A DNA stretch of 64,000 nt from a virus, in the IMG/VR virus record IMGVR_UViG_3300030331_005816, positions 1 through 64,000 of that record; one strand, 5' to 3'. The position numbers and the translations under genes are program-made. The notes under the pieces are model-generated. The model saw nothing but the letters and a program-made list of their open reading frames with translations. It had not been told where the DNA came from and ran no database searches. Below, one piece after another: positions 1-8,495 of this stretch (positions are counted from its first letter, which is position 1; each line of letters begins with the position of its first letter).

Positions 1-2
1 GG

Positions 3-263
3 ATGTTAGAATGTCTGCCAATTTCAACTGATCAAGTTGATCCAATGTCTAGAGTTGACGAACAATTAAAAGATAAAATGATTGAAGATTTCCCGGGATT
101 TCCAGAAGAAGGTGCTACACTTGGTTTTGGTTACTGCCACATGTGGAAATTTAAATGTCACAGTGCCAGAGCATGCAATACTTGGGCTGGAGGAGGCCCA
201 ATTGATACTAATGAACAGTCTATAGAAACACAAACAGGTAAAAAACCAGACGATGACGAATAA
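3..263 (+). CDS. Hypothetical Cys/His-containing protein (probably 5'-truncated by window edge)
   Basis: GYCHMWKFKCHSARACNTW cluster suggests metal binding; stop overlaps next gene start. Confidence 0.6.
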   Translation: MLECLPISTDQVDPMSRVDEQLKDKMIEDFPGFPEEGATLGFGYCHMWKFKCHSARACNTWAGGGPIDTNEQSIETQTGKKPDDDE

Positions 264-792
264 CATAACAGAAGAAGAACTCAAAAAGATTATTGCTGAA
301 GAATTAAATGACACTCTTGTTCTTGTAGAAAAATGCTGGAAGGGTTATGAAAAGAAAGGCATGAAAAAGATGTTTGGAAAGATGTACCCAAACTGTGTTA
401 AAAAGAAAAAAGGTAAGAAACGAAAAAAACGTAAAAACGAAAGTGTTGATTTGTACGAAGCAGATCCAAAAAAAGGCACAGGTAAGAAACCCAAAGGCTC
501 AGGAAGAAGATTATACACAGATGAAAATCCCAGTGATACAGTATCTGTAAAATTTTCAACAGTGCAAGATATTAAGGATACTCTTTCTAAATCATCTTTC
601 AAATCAAAATCACATAAAAGACAGTCTCAAATTATTAACTTAATACATCAAAGAGCAAGAGCAGCTTATCAAAATGCTAAAGACCCAAAAGTTAAAGCAA
701 GACTTAAAAAATCTTTTGATTATGCAAAAAAAAGAAAAGAAGCATCAAAAAGAAAAACACAATCAATGAACAAGGCTAAAAAAGATGAGTAA
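253..792 (+). CDS. Basic, modular putative head-internal protein
   Basis: Lys-rich; CWKGY...PNCVK module and ADPKKGTGKKPKGSGRRLYTDENP module each preceded by L-x-E; N-terminal ITEEELKKIIAEEL. Confidence 0.65.
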   Translation: MTNNITEEELKKIIAEELNDTLVLVEKCWKGYEKKGMKKMFGKMYPNCVKKKKGKKRKKRKNESVDLYEADPKKGTGKKPKGSGRRLYTDENPSDTVSVKFSTVQDIKDTLSKSSFKSKSHKRQSQIINLIHQRARAAYQNAKDPKVKARLKKSFDYAKKRKEASKRKTQSMNKAKKDE

Positions 793-1030
793 ATATATGA
801 AAGATCCAGAGTATTTATTTTCTATACTTGCTGCAATAGTTAAGAAAAATGATGGATTCTTAAGACTTACTCAAGAGGAAATTGAAGCTGTCACTAAAAA
901 TGATATTATTGGTATGTATTTCGAGCCGGAAACAAATTCAATTGTTTTTAAAAAGGTTGATACAAAAGATGCTTTAGCTGCATCTAGCATGATTAAAAAT
1001 AGGCCCGAAACAACAACATACGATAATTAA
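785..1030 (+). CDS. Hypothetical protein
   Basis: ORF overlapping the upstream stop, tightly packed. Confidence 0.7.
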   Translation: MSKYMKDPEYLFSILAAIVKKNDGFLRLTQEEIEAVTKNDIIGMYFEPETNSIVFKKVDTKDALAASSMIKNRPETTTYDN

Positions 1031-1034
1031 TTGT

Positions 1035-1376
1035 ATGTACGAATACTCTTGTAAATTGATTCGAGTTATTGATGGCGATACTGTTGATGCACTTATTGAT
1101 TTGGGCTTTGATGTCTGGATTAAGAAAAGAATAAGATTATACGGCATTAACACTCCAGAAGTCCGCACTAGAGACATTTGGGAGAAGGAGCAGGGTCTAG
1201 CCAGCAAAAAGAGATTAGAAGAGCTTCTAGAGGGTGTAGACAACAAGTTTATATTAATTTCTAAAGGTGTCGGTAAATACGGAAGATGTCTGGGAGAACT
1301 ACTTATAGGTGAGTATGGAGAAGTACATATTAATAACTTACTTTTAAGTGAGGGTTTAGCGGAGAAATACGAATGA
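1035..1376 (+). CDS. Thermonuclease (SNase-family) nuclease
   Basis: VIDGDT, RIRLYGINTPE and GKYGRCL SNase motifs. Confidence 0.9.
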   Translation: MYEYSCKLIRVIDGDTVDALIDLGFDVWIKKRIRLYGINTPEVRTRDIWEKEQGLASKKRLEELLEGVDNKFILISKGVGKYGRCLGELLIGEYGEVHINNLLLSEGLAEKYE

Positions 1377-1690
1377 GTCAAAATGGATGGGACACATATT
1401 CTAAATTAGTTTTACAACAGCTTGAAACTATGGCCAACGGTATCGAAGCCCTCCGCGGTGAATTACAAGATGTAAAAGAGCAGTTGACTGAACTCAAAGC
1501 TAAAGAAGATCGTGTGCAAGATTTAAAAATGTGGAAAGATAAAATGGATGATATAGCTTCACCTCCGCAATTAAAAACTGCATTAAAAGAAATTGAAGAG
1601 CTTAAAACTTTCAAAACAAAATCAATTGCTATTTTTATGGCTGTACAAACCATGATGGGCTTGGCTATGGCATGGTCAAAAATGTTTTAA
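1373..1690 (+). CDS. Coiled-coil protein with C-terminal transmembrane anchor
   Basis: Heptad-like region followed by hydrophobic SIAIFMAVQTMMGLAMAW. Confidence 0.7.
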   Translation: MSQNGWDTYSKLVLQQLETMANGIEALRGELQDVKEQLTELKAKEDRVQDLKMWKDKMDDIASPPQLKTALKEIEELKTFKTKSIAIFMAVQTMMGLAMAWSKMF

Positions 1691-1691
1691 T

Positions 1692-1976
1692 ATGTCAGAT
1701 TTAGATCGTCAAAAAAAATTAATTAGACAAATTATAAAACAACTGTCTGGAGAGGTTGACGAAGATATCGATTTAGTTCCAGAGTATGGTATTGAAGGCA
1801 CTGGGCATATGTTTTGTTTCCAACCATCGACCCGATCATTTGTAAAAATTTACAAAAATCAAAATATTTATGTCTTAGGTGAATTAAACGAAGGAAAAAA
1901 ACTATTAATATACACAACATGTGGTAAAATAGTAGAAATTGATACCGATAAAGTATACAAAATGGATTTTAATTAA
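1692..1976 (+). CDS. Hypothetical protein
   Basis: ORF in tight gene train. Confidence 0.7.
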   Translation: MSDLDRQKKLIRQIIKQLSGEVDEDIDLVPEYGIEGTGHMFCFQPSTRSFVKIYKNQNIYVLGELNEGKKLLIYTTCGKIVEIDTDKVYKMDFN

Positions 1977-2128
1977 TGTTATTTACATTTAACAAATTTT
2001 GGAAAACAATTTTATTTTTAGGTGGTTCATGGTTATCATTATCTCTCATAGGGTTTGAATTTACCGCTGTCACAATATTGTCACTATTATATTGTTCAAA
2101 ATTTGGAGATTCGCAGACACTAATATAG
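1976..2128 (+). CDS. Small membrane protein (50 aa, not in ORF track)
   Basis: TAATG-coupled start; MLFTFNKFWKTILFLGGSWLSLSLIGFEFTAVTILSLLYCSKFGDSQTLI, two hydrophobic stretches; fills the gap. Confidence 0.65.
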   Translation: MLFTFNKFWKTILFLGGSWLSLSLIGFEFTAVTILSLLYCSKFGDSQTLI

Positions 2129-2147
2129 ATTATTATCTATTTAAAGT

Positions 2148-2351
2148 GTGGGCAGCACAAAAAACAAAAAAAAGTACTATCGTTTTGATGGCGAAGGCTC
2201 TAAATCCACTAATTTAGTGCTTGTAAAATGGATTGAAGACGATTCAATTAAAATAAGCTCACCAATCAAGGATTATAATAAAGCATTAAGTAAATGCCAG
2301 TCATATTTAGAGAAAGGTATTTGTTCTTGGATGGTTTATTACGATGGATGA
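2148..2351 (+). CDS. Hypothetical protein (GTG start, probably leaderless)
   Basis: CTATTTA motif ends 4 nt before GTG. Confidence 0.6.
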   Translation: MGSTKNKKKYYRFDGEGSKSTNLVLVKWIEDDSIKISSPIKDYNKALSKCQSYLEKGICSWMVYYDG

Positions 2352-2589
2352 AAAAGGGCCTTTTGGTTCTGGAATAGCACAAGATTTTGAGATTGGTGAC
2401 ATTGTTGAATGGTCTAAGTGGGACATCGATTTAGAAGAATGGGTTTCCAGTTACGGTATACTTGTCTCAATGGAGAATAAAGTTGTAGCTGATCGATTAA
2501 TATCAATTTCTACCATAAAACCTTTAAATGAAAAAGATAATAAATTGTTAGATTTATTTACAATATATTTAAAACGAGTGATTACATAA
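2344..2589 (+). CDS. Small SH3/KOW-like beta-barrel protein
   Basis: FEIGDIVEW...YGILV pattern. Confidence 0.55.
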   Translation: MDEKGPFGSGIAQDFEIGDIVEWSKWDIDLEEWVSSYGILVSMENKVVADRLISISTIKPLNEKDNKLLDLFTIYLKRVIT

Positions 2590-2623
2590 TCTTAACAACT
2601 AATTAATCTAAACCGGTTATATT

Positions 2624-3463
2624 ATGGATGATACACTAAAAAGTTTGATAAAACAGTTTATGCCTTTTGCTCAAAAACAGATTGGTTTTGAAAATCCACC
2701 TAGATTATTTTTGAGAAGAGATGGTGATAATGCCAAAAACCCGCTTGGTAAGACAGCATTTTATGACCCTAACAACATGTCCGTGACACTTTATATATCT
2801 GGCCGCCATCCAAAAGATATTCTCAGGTCACTTGGTCATGAGCTAGTTCATCATAAACAAAATTGTGATGGAAAATTTAGTGATTCTGATGATATGGGCC
2901 CCGGTTATGCTCAGAAAGATCCACACTTAAGACAAATGGAACAAGAAGCAAATCGCGATGGAAGTATGTGCTTAAGGGATTTTGAAGATATGTTAAAGAA
3001 AGAAAACACTATTTATTACGAACATCTACAAAAAGGAGATAACAAGATGTCTACAAAAGATTGGAAAAATGAAGAAATTCGTAGCCTTTTAGCTGAGGCT
3101 TGGGGTTTTAAATTTAATACATTACAAGAATTTGAGGAGTTTAATGGACAAGGTGAAATTCAAGCAGAGAGTGAAGAAGAAGTTACCGAAGAAGCTGTTG
3201 AAGAAAGCACTGAGGAAACCGTTGAAGAATCCGCCGAGGAATCTGTAGAAGAACTAGCCAGAGCAACTGGTGGTCATGGTGCCCACAGAGACAGAATGAA
3301 GGATCGTAAAGATGCTGCTAAAGCTCGTCGTAAAGATGATGATGAAGAAAAAGTTGAAGAAGCTGATCATGGTGATGATGAGGAAAAGGTTGAAGAGTCT
3401 GATGTTACCAATGAATTGACTGAGGCAATTGCGACTGTTCTTCGCAAACATCTGCGAGGTTAA
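2624..3463 (+). CDS. Zincin-type metallopeptidase fused to acidic C-terminal region
   Basis: LRSLGHELVHHKQ (HExxH) with downstream MEQEAN glutamate; C-terminal half Glu-rich. Confidence 0.75.
   Translation: MDDTLKSLIKQFMPFAQKQIGFENPPRLFLRRDGDNAKNPLGKTAFYDPNNMSVTLYISGRHPKDILRSLGHELVHHKQNCDGKFSDSDDMGPGYAQKDPHLRQMEQEANRDGSMCLRDFEDMLKKENTIYYEHLQKGDNKMSTKDWKNEEIRSLLAEAWGFKFNTLQEFEEFNGQGEIQAESEEEVTEEAVEESTEETVEESAEESVEELARATGGHGAHRDRMKDRKDAAKARRKDDDEEKVEEADHGDDEEKVEESDVTNELTEAIATVLRKHLRG
3047..3463 (+). CDS. Nested in-frame acidic, scaffold-like protein (138 aa)
   Basis: ACTATTTA at 3008-3015 and SD AGGAG at 3034-3038, 8 nt before ATG 3047, all inside the peptidase ORF. Confidence 0.55.
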   Translation: MSTKDWKNEEIRSLLAEAWGFKFNTLQEFEEFNGQGEIQAESEEEVTEEAVEESTEETVEESAEESVEELARATGGHGAHRDRMKDRKDAAKARRKDDDEEKVEEADHGDDEEKVEESDVTNELTEAIATVLRKHLRG

Positions 3464-3558
3464 TCAAATGTTAGGTAAATACAAAAGTTGAGCTTAAAAA
3501 AAGTCGCAACAAATTTATCAAAAAATTATTACTATTATATTCACAAGAGGACGAACCA

Positions 3559-3807
3559 ATGTCATTAGACAAAGCATGGAGAGATTTCTTAACCGAGAGT
3601 GTTGATGAAAAAAACATCTATACATATATTCAAGGTCTCCAAGAAATAATTTCCAATCTTAAACCTAGAACTGTAACAGAAAAAAGAAGATTGCAGCTAG
3701 CTAAACAACATCTTAGAGAAGTTAGGAGATTTGCCCGTAAATTGGATAATCGCATTGGTGTTCTTGAAGAAAAATTAACAATTTTAGAAGAGTCTACTGG
3801 GGATTAA
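3559..3807 (+). CDS. Hypothetical coiled-coil protein
   Basis: SD GAGG; several L/V-x-E motifs. Confidence 0.7.
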   Translation: MSLDKAWRDFLTESVDEKNIYTYIQGLQEIISNLKPRTVTEKRRLQLAKQHLREVRRFARKLDNRIGVLEEKLTILEESTGD

Positions 3808-3810
3808 AAT

Positions 3811-5883
3811 ATGGCGAAAGCTAATACTCACCTTACTCATCTTGAAGAATTAGTTCTAACACAGGGAGCGGATGGTTATAAAATGGCCAGAAGCTTCCTT
3901 TTAGAGCTTTTAAAGTCTTTGAAGGGTAATACCAGCACTAAGATTCAAACATCCGTCAAATGGGATGGTGCACCGGCTATATTTGCTGGAATTAATCCAG
4001 AGAATGGTCAGTTCTTTGTTGGTACTAAGTCTATCTTTAATAAAATACCTAAGATTAACTATACGAAAGACGATATAGTAAAAAATCATGGTCATGCACC
4101 CGGGCTTGTGGATAAGCTAACCAAAGCTTTGGAGTATTTACCTGCATTAAACATTAAAAACATCTTACAAGGTGATTTTATGTTTGACGATGAAATGATC
4201 AGAAGAGCTGAAATAGATGGTGTACCTCATTATAAATTTAAGCCAAACACAATTGTGTATGCTGTTCCTGTTGATTCAAAACTCGGTCAAGAAATAGAAC
4301 AAGCTAAATTTGGTATTGTGTTTCATACAACATATGAAAGCTTAGACAGTGGTGCTAGTTTTGGAGCAGATGTATCGTCGCTCCGTAGAGCACCCGGGGT
4401 GTGGTTTGACGATGCCTTCTTCACAGATGATACCGGTATTGTAACATTAACAGATGACGAGGAAGAACAAATTGTTAGCTTAGTTAAGCAAGCGGATACT
4501 GTTAATGGACAAATAGATTATGATAATCTACCATTCTCTTTATTAAACATTTATATTAATAGCGAAATTAAAGCTGGTAGTTTTCTCGATGACCCTGAAA
4601 AATCTTTTGAGGGATTCAATAATTGGTATTCACAAAGAGTACAAAATAAAATTGATAAGCTTAAAAGTGATAGAGGTAAAGAGTCGGCGAGTCAAAATGC
4701 CCAACAAATGTTACAATCTTTTGCTGACAAGAAAAACGATATAGTCAACATTTTTAAGGTTAGTCGTTTGCTATTTGAGGCAAAAAACATTTTTATTCAA
4801 AAATATAATAATGCCGTTTATAACACTAAACACTTTGTTGATGATGGTTCAGGTGACTTAGTTGCTAGTAATCCAGAAGGTTATGTAGCAGTCGATCACA
4901 AAGGTAACGGAATTAAGTTTGTTGATCGTCTAGAATTTAGTAGAGCCAACTTCGCTGTTGATAAGGGAGGCAAATTTACTGGCGATATCAATGAGCAAGA
5001 AGAGGACGAATTTGATATCGATAATGAAGACGACGATCCAGTGGTAGATACAGATTATCCAAAAACTGTAGCCGTGGTACCCGGAGCTTTTAAGCCGCCG
5101 CATCTTGGACATTTGGATATGGTGCGGAAATACTCTAATATGGCTGATGAAGTTATTGTGATAATATCAAAACCTACAAAACAAGCAAGAACTTTACCAA
5201 ATGGAACAGAAGTAAATTCTGCAGATTCCCTCAAAATATGGCAAGCATTAGCTAGCGGTTTATCTAATGTTAGAATTGAGGCTTCAAAAGACCATGCCTC
5301 ACCTGTAACAGCAGCATATGATTTTGTTGGCGACAAAGGCCCTTTAAATACTGGTGATAAAGTTATACTAGGTGCTAGTACTAAAGATGACGATTGGAAA
5401 AGATGGTTAAGTGCTAGCCAATATGTTAAGGACGGAGTTGTTTTGTTAAATCCAGAGGAAACAGCAGTTGATCCGTCACAACATTCTGGAGAATATATGA
5501 AATTATTATCGATGGAGGCTGAAAAAGGGTCTGACTTGTATAATAATATGCCAAGTGTTAAGGCCGGGAAGGATTCTAGACAATTCCATGCTAGTGATCT
5601 TAGGTTTGTATTAGTAGAAGCAACTAAAAGCGACATAGCCCGTAAAATGTTAGAAGATTTTGTAGGCGGACAAAATGTGGAATCTGTTTTAAATATACTT
5701 GGACTGTCGAATATGGACGAAATGTCATCCATGTCAGGAGGTGCAGTAGCAGGATACTCAGCCCCTTTGGGATATGGGTCGGCTAAAAGACCCAAAAAGA
5801 AAAAGAAAACAAATGAATATATGGATTTAAGTTTGATTGATGAAGTTATCGAACTAATTATGAAAAGAGGCATTACCCAATGA
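3811..5883 (+). CDS. Fusion of ligase-like nucleotidyltransferase (DUF6267-like) and HxGH cytidylyltransferase
   Basis: N-domain VKWDG, QGDF, EGYV, IKFV; C-domain GAFKPPHLGH and HASDLR; acidic linker after INE. Confidence 0.75.
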   Translation: MAKANTHLTHLEELVLTQGADGYKMARSFLLELLKSLKGNTSTKIQTSVKWDGAPAIFAGINPENGQFFVGTKSIFNKIPKINYTKDDIVKNHGHAPGLVDKLTKALEYLPALNIKNILQGDFMFDDEMIRRAEIDGVPHYKFKPNTIVYAVPVDSKLGQEIEQAKFGIVFHTTYESLDSGASFGADVSSLRRAPGVWFDDAFFTDDTGIVTLTDDEEEQIVSLVKQADTVNGQIDYDNLPFSLLNIYINSEIKAGSFLDDPEKSFEGFNNWYSQRVQNKIDKLKSDRGKESASQNAQQMLQSFADKKNDIVNIFKVSRLLFEAKNIFIQKYNNAVYNTKHFVDDGSGDLVASNPEGYVAVDHKGNGIKFVDRLEFSRANFAVDKGGKFTGDINEQEEDEFDIDNEDDDPVVDTDYPKTVAVVPGAFKPPHLGHLDMVRKYSNMADEVIVIISKPTKQARTLPNGTEVNSADSLKIWQALASGLSNVRIEASKDHASPVTAAYDFVGDKGPLNTGDKVILGASTKDDDWKRWLSASQYVKDGVVLLNPEETAVDPSQHSGEYMKLLSMEAEKGSDLYNNMPSVKAGKDSRQFHASDLRFVLVEATKSDIARKMLEDFVGGQNVESVLNILGLSNMDEMSSMSGGAVAGYSAPLGYGSAKRPKKKKKTNEYMDLSLIDEVIELIMKRGITQ

Positions 5884-6680
5884 ACCCAAATGAAGAGAAA
5901 ACTCTCAGAGAAAGTATAAGACTTGCGATTCGTGCTGTCAAGCAGAAACGTCAAAATATTGTAAATGAACAAGAACAAAAATTACGAGAAATTATTCGTG
6001 GTTTTATGACTCTGGAAGAATCCCAGATTAAAGAAGGAACTCCAGATGTAGATCCAACTCCAAATAAATCTACTGGTATTAATGTATTAGAACAATTGCT
6101 TAAGAAAATTGTGCCAATCTTAGAAGAAGATTATAAGTCTTTGACAACTAATAAAAATCAAAGAGATTCATATCGAGCACACATTGTAAATGCTGTTGAG
6201 AACTCATTAACACCAGCAATTATGAACAATGAAGCCGGCGAAGAAGAAGATGGTGATCTTGAAGAAGTTGTGGATATCAAAGTTGGCGGAGAAATGGATG
6301 ATGATAAATTCATTGATATTAGAAGCCCGGCTGAAATAGCTGCAGATGCTGAAGATGATACAGACCCTAGAGAGGAATTTGGAAAAGATGTTGAAGGCGA
6401 CGAAACTGGAAGAAACATGGCATATGAGTCTTACAAAAAAATTGAAACAAATGTAATTGATTCATATGAACTACTTTCGGATGCTGAAGATCAAGAACTA
6501 TTTTATGATTATTTAATCGCTAATCTTAAAATGTATTTCAACAAATTTGAAGAAGAATTATCACCAGAGGTTCCAGAGCCAACAAATCAAGCCTACGATA
6601 TGGCTCAAAAAGATAAAGATGTACAAACTCAAGAACCCGGAGAGGCTGCTGAAACTGATGATCTCGAACTTGATATATAA
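5880..6680 (+). CDS. Acidic putative prohead core/internal protein
   Basis: Very acidic; repeated LRE/VNE/IKE/LEE motifs; ATGA coupling. Confidence 0.65.
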   Translation: MNPNEEKTLRESIRLAIRAVKQKRQNIVNEQEQKLREIIRGFMTLEESQIKEGTPDVDPTPNKSTGINVLEQLLKKIVPILEEDYKSLTTNKNQRDSYRAHIVNAVENSLTPAIMNNEAGEEEDGDLEEVVDIKVGGEMDDDKFIDIRSPAEIAADAEDDTDPREEFGKDVEGDETGRNMAYESYKKIETNVIDSYELLSDAEDQELFYDYLIANLKMYFNKFEEELSPEVPEPTNQAYDMAQKDKDVQTQEPGEAAETDDLELDI

Positions 6681-6698
6681 TTTTTTTTAAAAAAATAC

Positions 6699-6727
6699 TT
6701 GACAAGTTTTAAAATCAAGGTTACACT
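6699..6727 (+). promoter_or_regulatory. Sigma70-type promoter
   Basis: TTGACA-17 bp-TACACT with A/T-tract upstream. Confidence 0.75.
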
Positions 6728-6732
6728 TTGTT

Positions 6733-6767
6733 TGTGACAATCACTTGCTAGCACTGTGACTATCACA
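6733..6767. promoter_or_regulatory. Tandem palindromic operator-like boxes
   Basis: TGTGACAATCACT (6733-6745) and TGTGACTATCACA (6755-6767), 22 bp apart, with TGCTAGCA between. Confidence 0.65.
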
Positions 6768-6777
6768 TATATAATTT

Positions 6778-7122
6778 ATGAAATTAAATACATTATCAGG
6801 CATATCAACTATCACTAAATTAAAAGATCATAATAAAATTAATGATCAGTTATTAACCTGCATTAACAGTTTAAAATTAGAAGATCTGATAGCTATTAAA
6901 TTAGAATTATCATCACAACATGTTAATAATAGATTATATGGCCTTGACATCTGGCGAAGAACACCTTACATTGTTAGAGATGGAATACTAAAGTTTTCTC
7001 TTTCAGTTGCAAAATCAAAAAAGGATGCTGCCAGATTCTTGGGGCTAACATATGTTGAATATATGCGACATCTTAAAAATTTTAATACTAGAGAATATTT
7101 TGAGGACAAAGAAAATGTTTAA
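6778..7122 (+). CDS. Fis-like helix-turn-helix DNA-binding protein
   Basis: C-terminal SKKDAARFLGLTYVEYMRHLKNF resembles the Fis HTH ([23 protein letters not shown]); four-helix layout colinear. Confidence 0.6.
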   Translation: MKLNTLSGISTITKLKDHNKINDQLLTCINSLKLEDLIAIKLELSSQHVNNRLYGLDIWRRTPYIVRDGILKFSLSVAKSKKDAARFLGLTYVEYMRHLKNFNTREYFEDKENV

Positions 7123-7714
7123 ATTATTACCACTCGTCACAGCAATTGCCTGCGGCCCAAGCAAACTAGAGACGACAGAAAATAGAGATACACAGACATC
7201 TGAGCCACTGCCGGTTCCTACAGAATTTGGAGTTATATCCGGCCCCGACTGCAGCCAGACGGGCCCGGGCGATTATGCATGCAATGTGGTGCTTTATGAT
7301 CAAGATAAAATTCCATGGCAACTTTATGATCATAAGGGCAAAGTAGTTATTTTAGATTTTTCAGCTAGCTGGTGCCCACCGTGTCAAAACTCTGGTATGT
7401 TTGTACAACCTATACAAGATGATTATGAAGATGATGTTATATTTGCTACTCTTTTAATTGATGGTTACACTTTTGGAATAGAACCTACAGATGATGAAAT
7501 AACTGATTGGGCTGATAGCCATAATATTACAACTGCCCCAGTATTATATGCTAGTAGAGATTTAGTATTTGATCCAACTGGTACAGGTATAGAGGGATAT
7601 GTTATTGAAGGCTTCCCAACTTACATATATATCGGCAGAGATGGTATAATAGCTGAAGGTCATACAGGATTCAGTGAGGGATATGTTAGAACTATTATTG
7701 AAAGGTTAAGATAA
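7115..7714 (+). CDS. TlpA/redoxin-family thiol-disulfide oxidoreductase lipoprotein
   Basis: GKVVILDFSASWCPPC, GFPT cis-Pro motif; start moved to ATG 7115 (SD GAGGA; signal MFKLLPLVTAIA-C). Confidence 0.85.
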   Translation: MFKLLPLVTAIACGPSKLETTENRDTQTSEPLPVPTEFGVISGPDCSQTGPGDYACNVVLYDQDKIPWQLYDHKGKVVILDFSASWCPPCQNSGMFVQPIQDDYEDDVIFATLLIDGYTFGIEPTDDEITDWADSHNITTAPVLYASRDLVFDPTGTGIEGYVIEGFPTYIYIGRDGIIAEGHTGFSEGYVRTIIERLR

Positions 7715-7923
7715 TGTGGAAAGTATATAAGTATGATGGAAATTACATTCAAGGTGAGCTTATAAGCAAACACACATCTGAAAATGCTGCTCTCAAGGCA
7801 GCTAAAAAGAGTATTGGTTATACTTTTTGTGAAAAAAAGAAAGTTAATAAAGAAATAAGAATTTGGCTTGATAGTGTAAATTATGCACCACTGGGTGTAA
7901 TTATAAAAAATACAAGGGGATGA
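7714..7923 (+). CDS. Hypothetical protein; stop codon lies inside tmRNA 5' end
   Basis: TAATG coupling; TGA at 7921-7923. Confidence 0.7.
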   Translation: MWKVYKYDGNYIQGELISKHTSENAALKAAKKSIGYTFCEKKKVNKEIRIWLDSVNYAPLGVIIKNTRG

Positions 7924-8257
7924 TTAGGTTTCGACAGGGCAAAAGAAAAGGAATAGTGCAAGCAGGTTAGATACGACCTTAACAGTTCAAATAATTTAGT
8001 TGCAAACAACAACTTACACTTCGACGAAACAGCTCGTTTAGCTGCTTAATCGGGAGGCTGATTAGAGCCTTCTATCCAATCTAATCAACACAACAGATAA
8101 GTTGCAAAAATCAAAACATTTATCATTAGTTTGATGGGCAATGATATCTTATTTCCATCTATCTTTGTCAGTTTATGATATAGAAACTGAATAAGCTTGT
8201 GAATGACTACAATTGGAATTGTTTTGGACGCGGGTTCGACTCCCGCCATCTCCACCA
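7916..8257 (+). ncRNA. ssrA: tmRNA
   Basis: Acceptor GGGGATG/CATCTCC with G3-U70, A discriminator, encoded CCA; TTCGAC after D-loop; T-arm GCGGG-TTCGACT-CCCGC; tag ORF 8002-8049 ANNNLHFDETARLAA*. Confidence 0.97.
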
Positions 8258-8295
8258 TTTAAAAACATGACTATTTATTAATAATGAGGTGAGTT

Positions 8296-8481
8296 ATGTT
8301 TAGTTTTTTTAAAAAAAACAAGATTATCAAATCTGATAAAAAAGAGAAAAGATTAATATCTGACAATATTGAAAAATCACTTTGGGATATTAAAGAAATA
8401 TATGATTTTGAAACTGAAGAAATTGAAAAAGTCGTATTTGAAAAAAGAAATTTTGATTTGAAAAGAAAGGAAAATGATTAA
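8296..8481 (+). CDS. Hypothetical protein
   Basis: SD GAGGTG; ACTATTTA motif 18 nt upstream. Confidence 0.65.
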   Translation: MFSFFKKNKIIKSDKKEKRLISDNIEKSLWDIKEIYDFETEEIEKVVFEKRNFDLKRKEND

Positions 8482-8495
8482 GCACCATAATTAAT

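Noticed and set aside
1373-2128. Holin/lysis cassette call for the two membrane proteins
   Set aside because: Hydrophobicity alone; no adjacent endolysin or spanin signature
3464-3558. Weak hairpin and 7-codon ORF (MLGKYKS) in intergenic gap
   Set aside because: Low-stability pairing, no SD or U-tract; not distinguishable from chance
5055-5978. 307-aa minus-strand ORF and other minus-strand or nested short ORFs in the track
   Set aside because: Antisense or off-frame shadows of well-supported + strand genes; no motifs or expression signals
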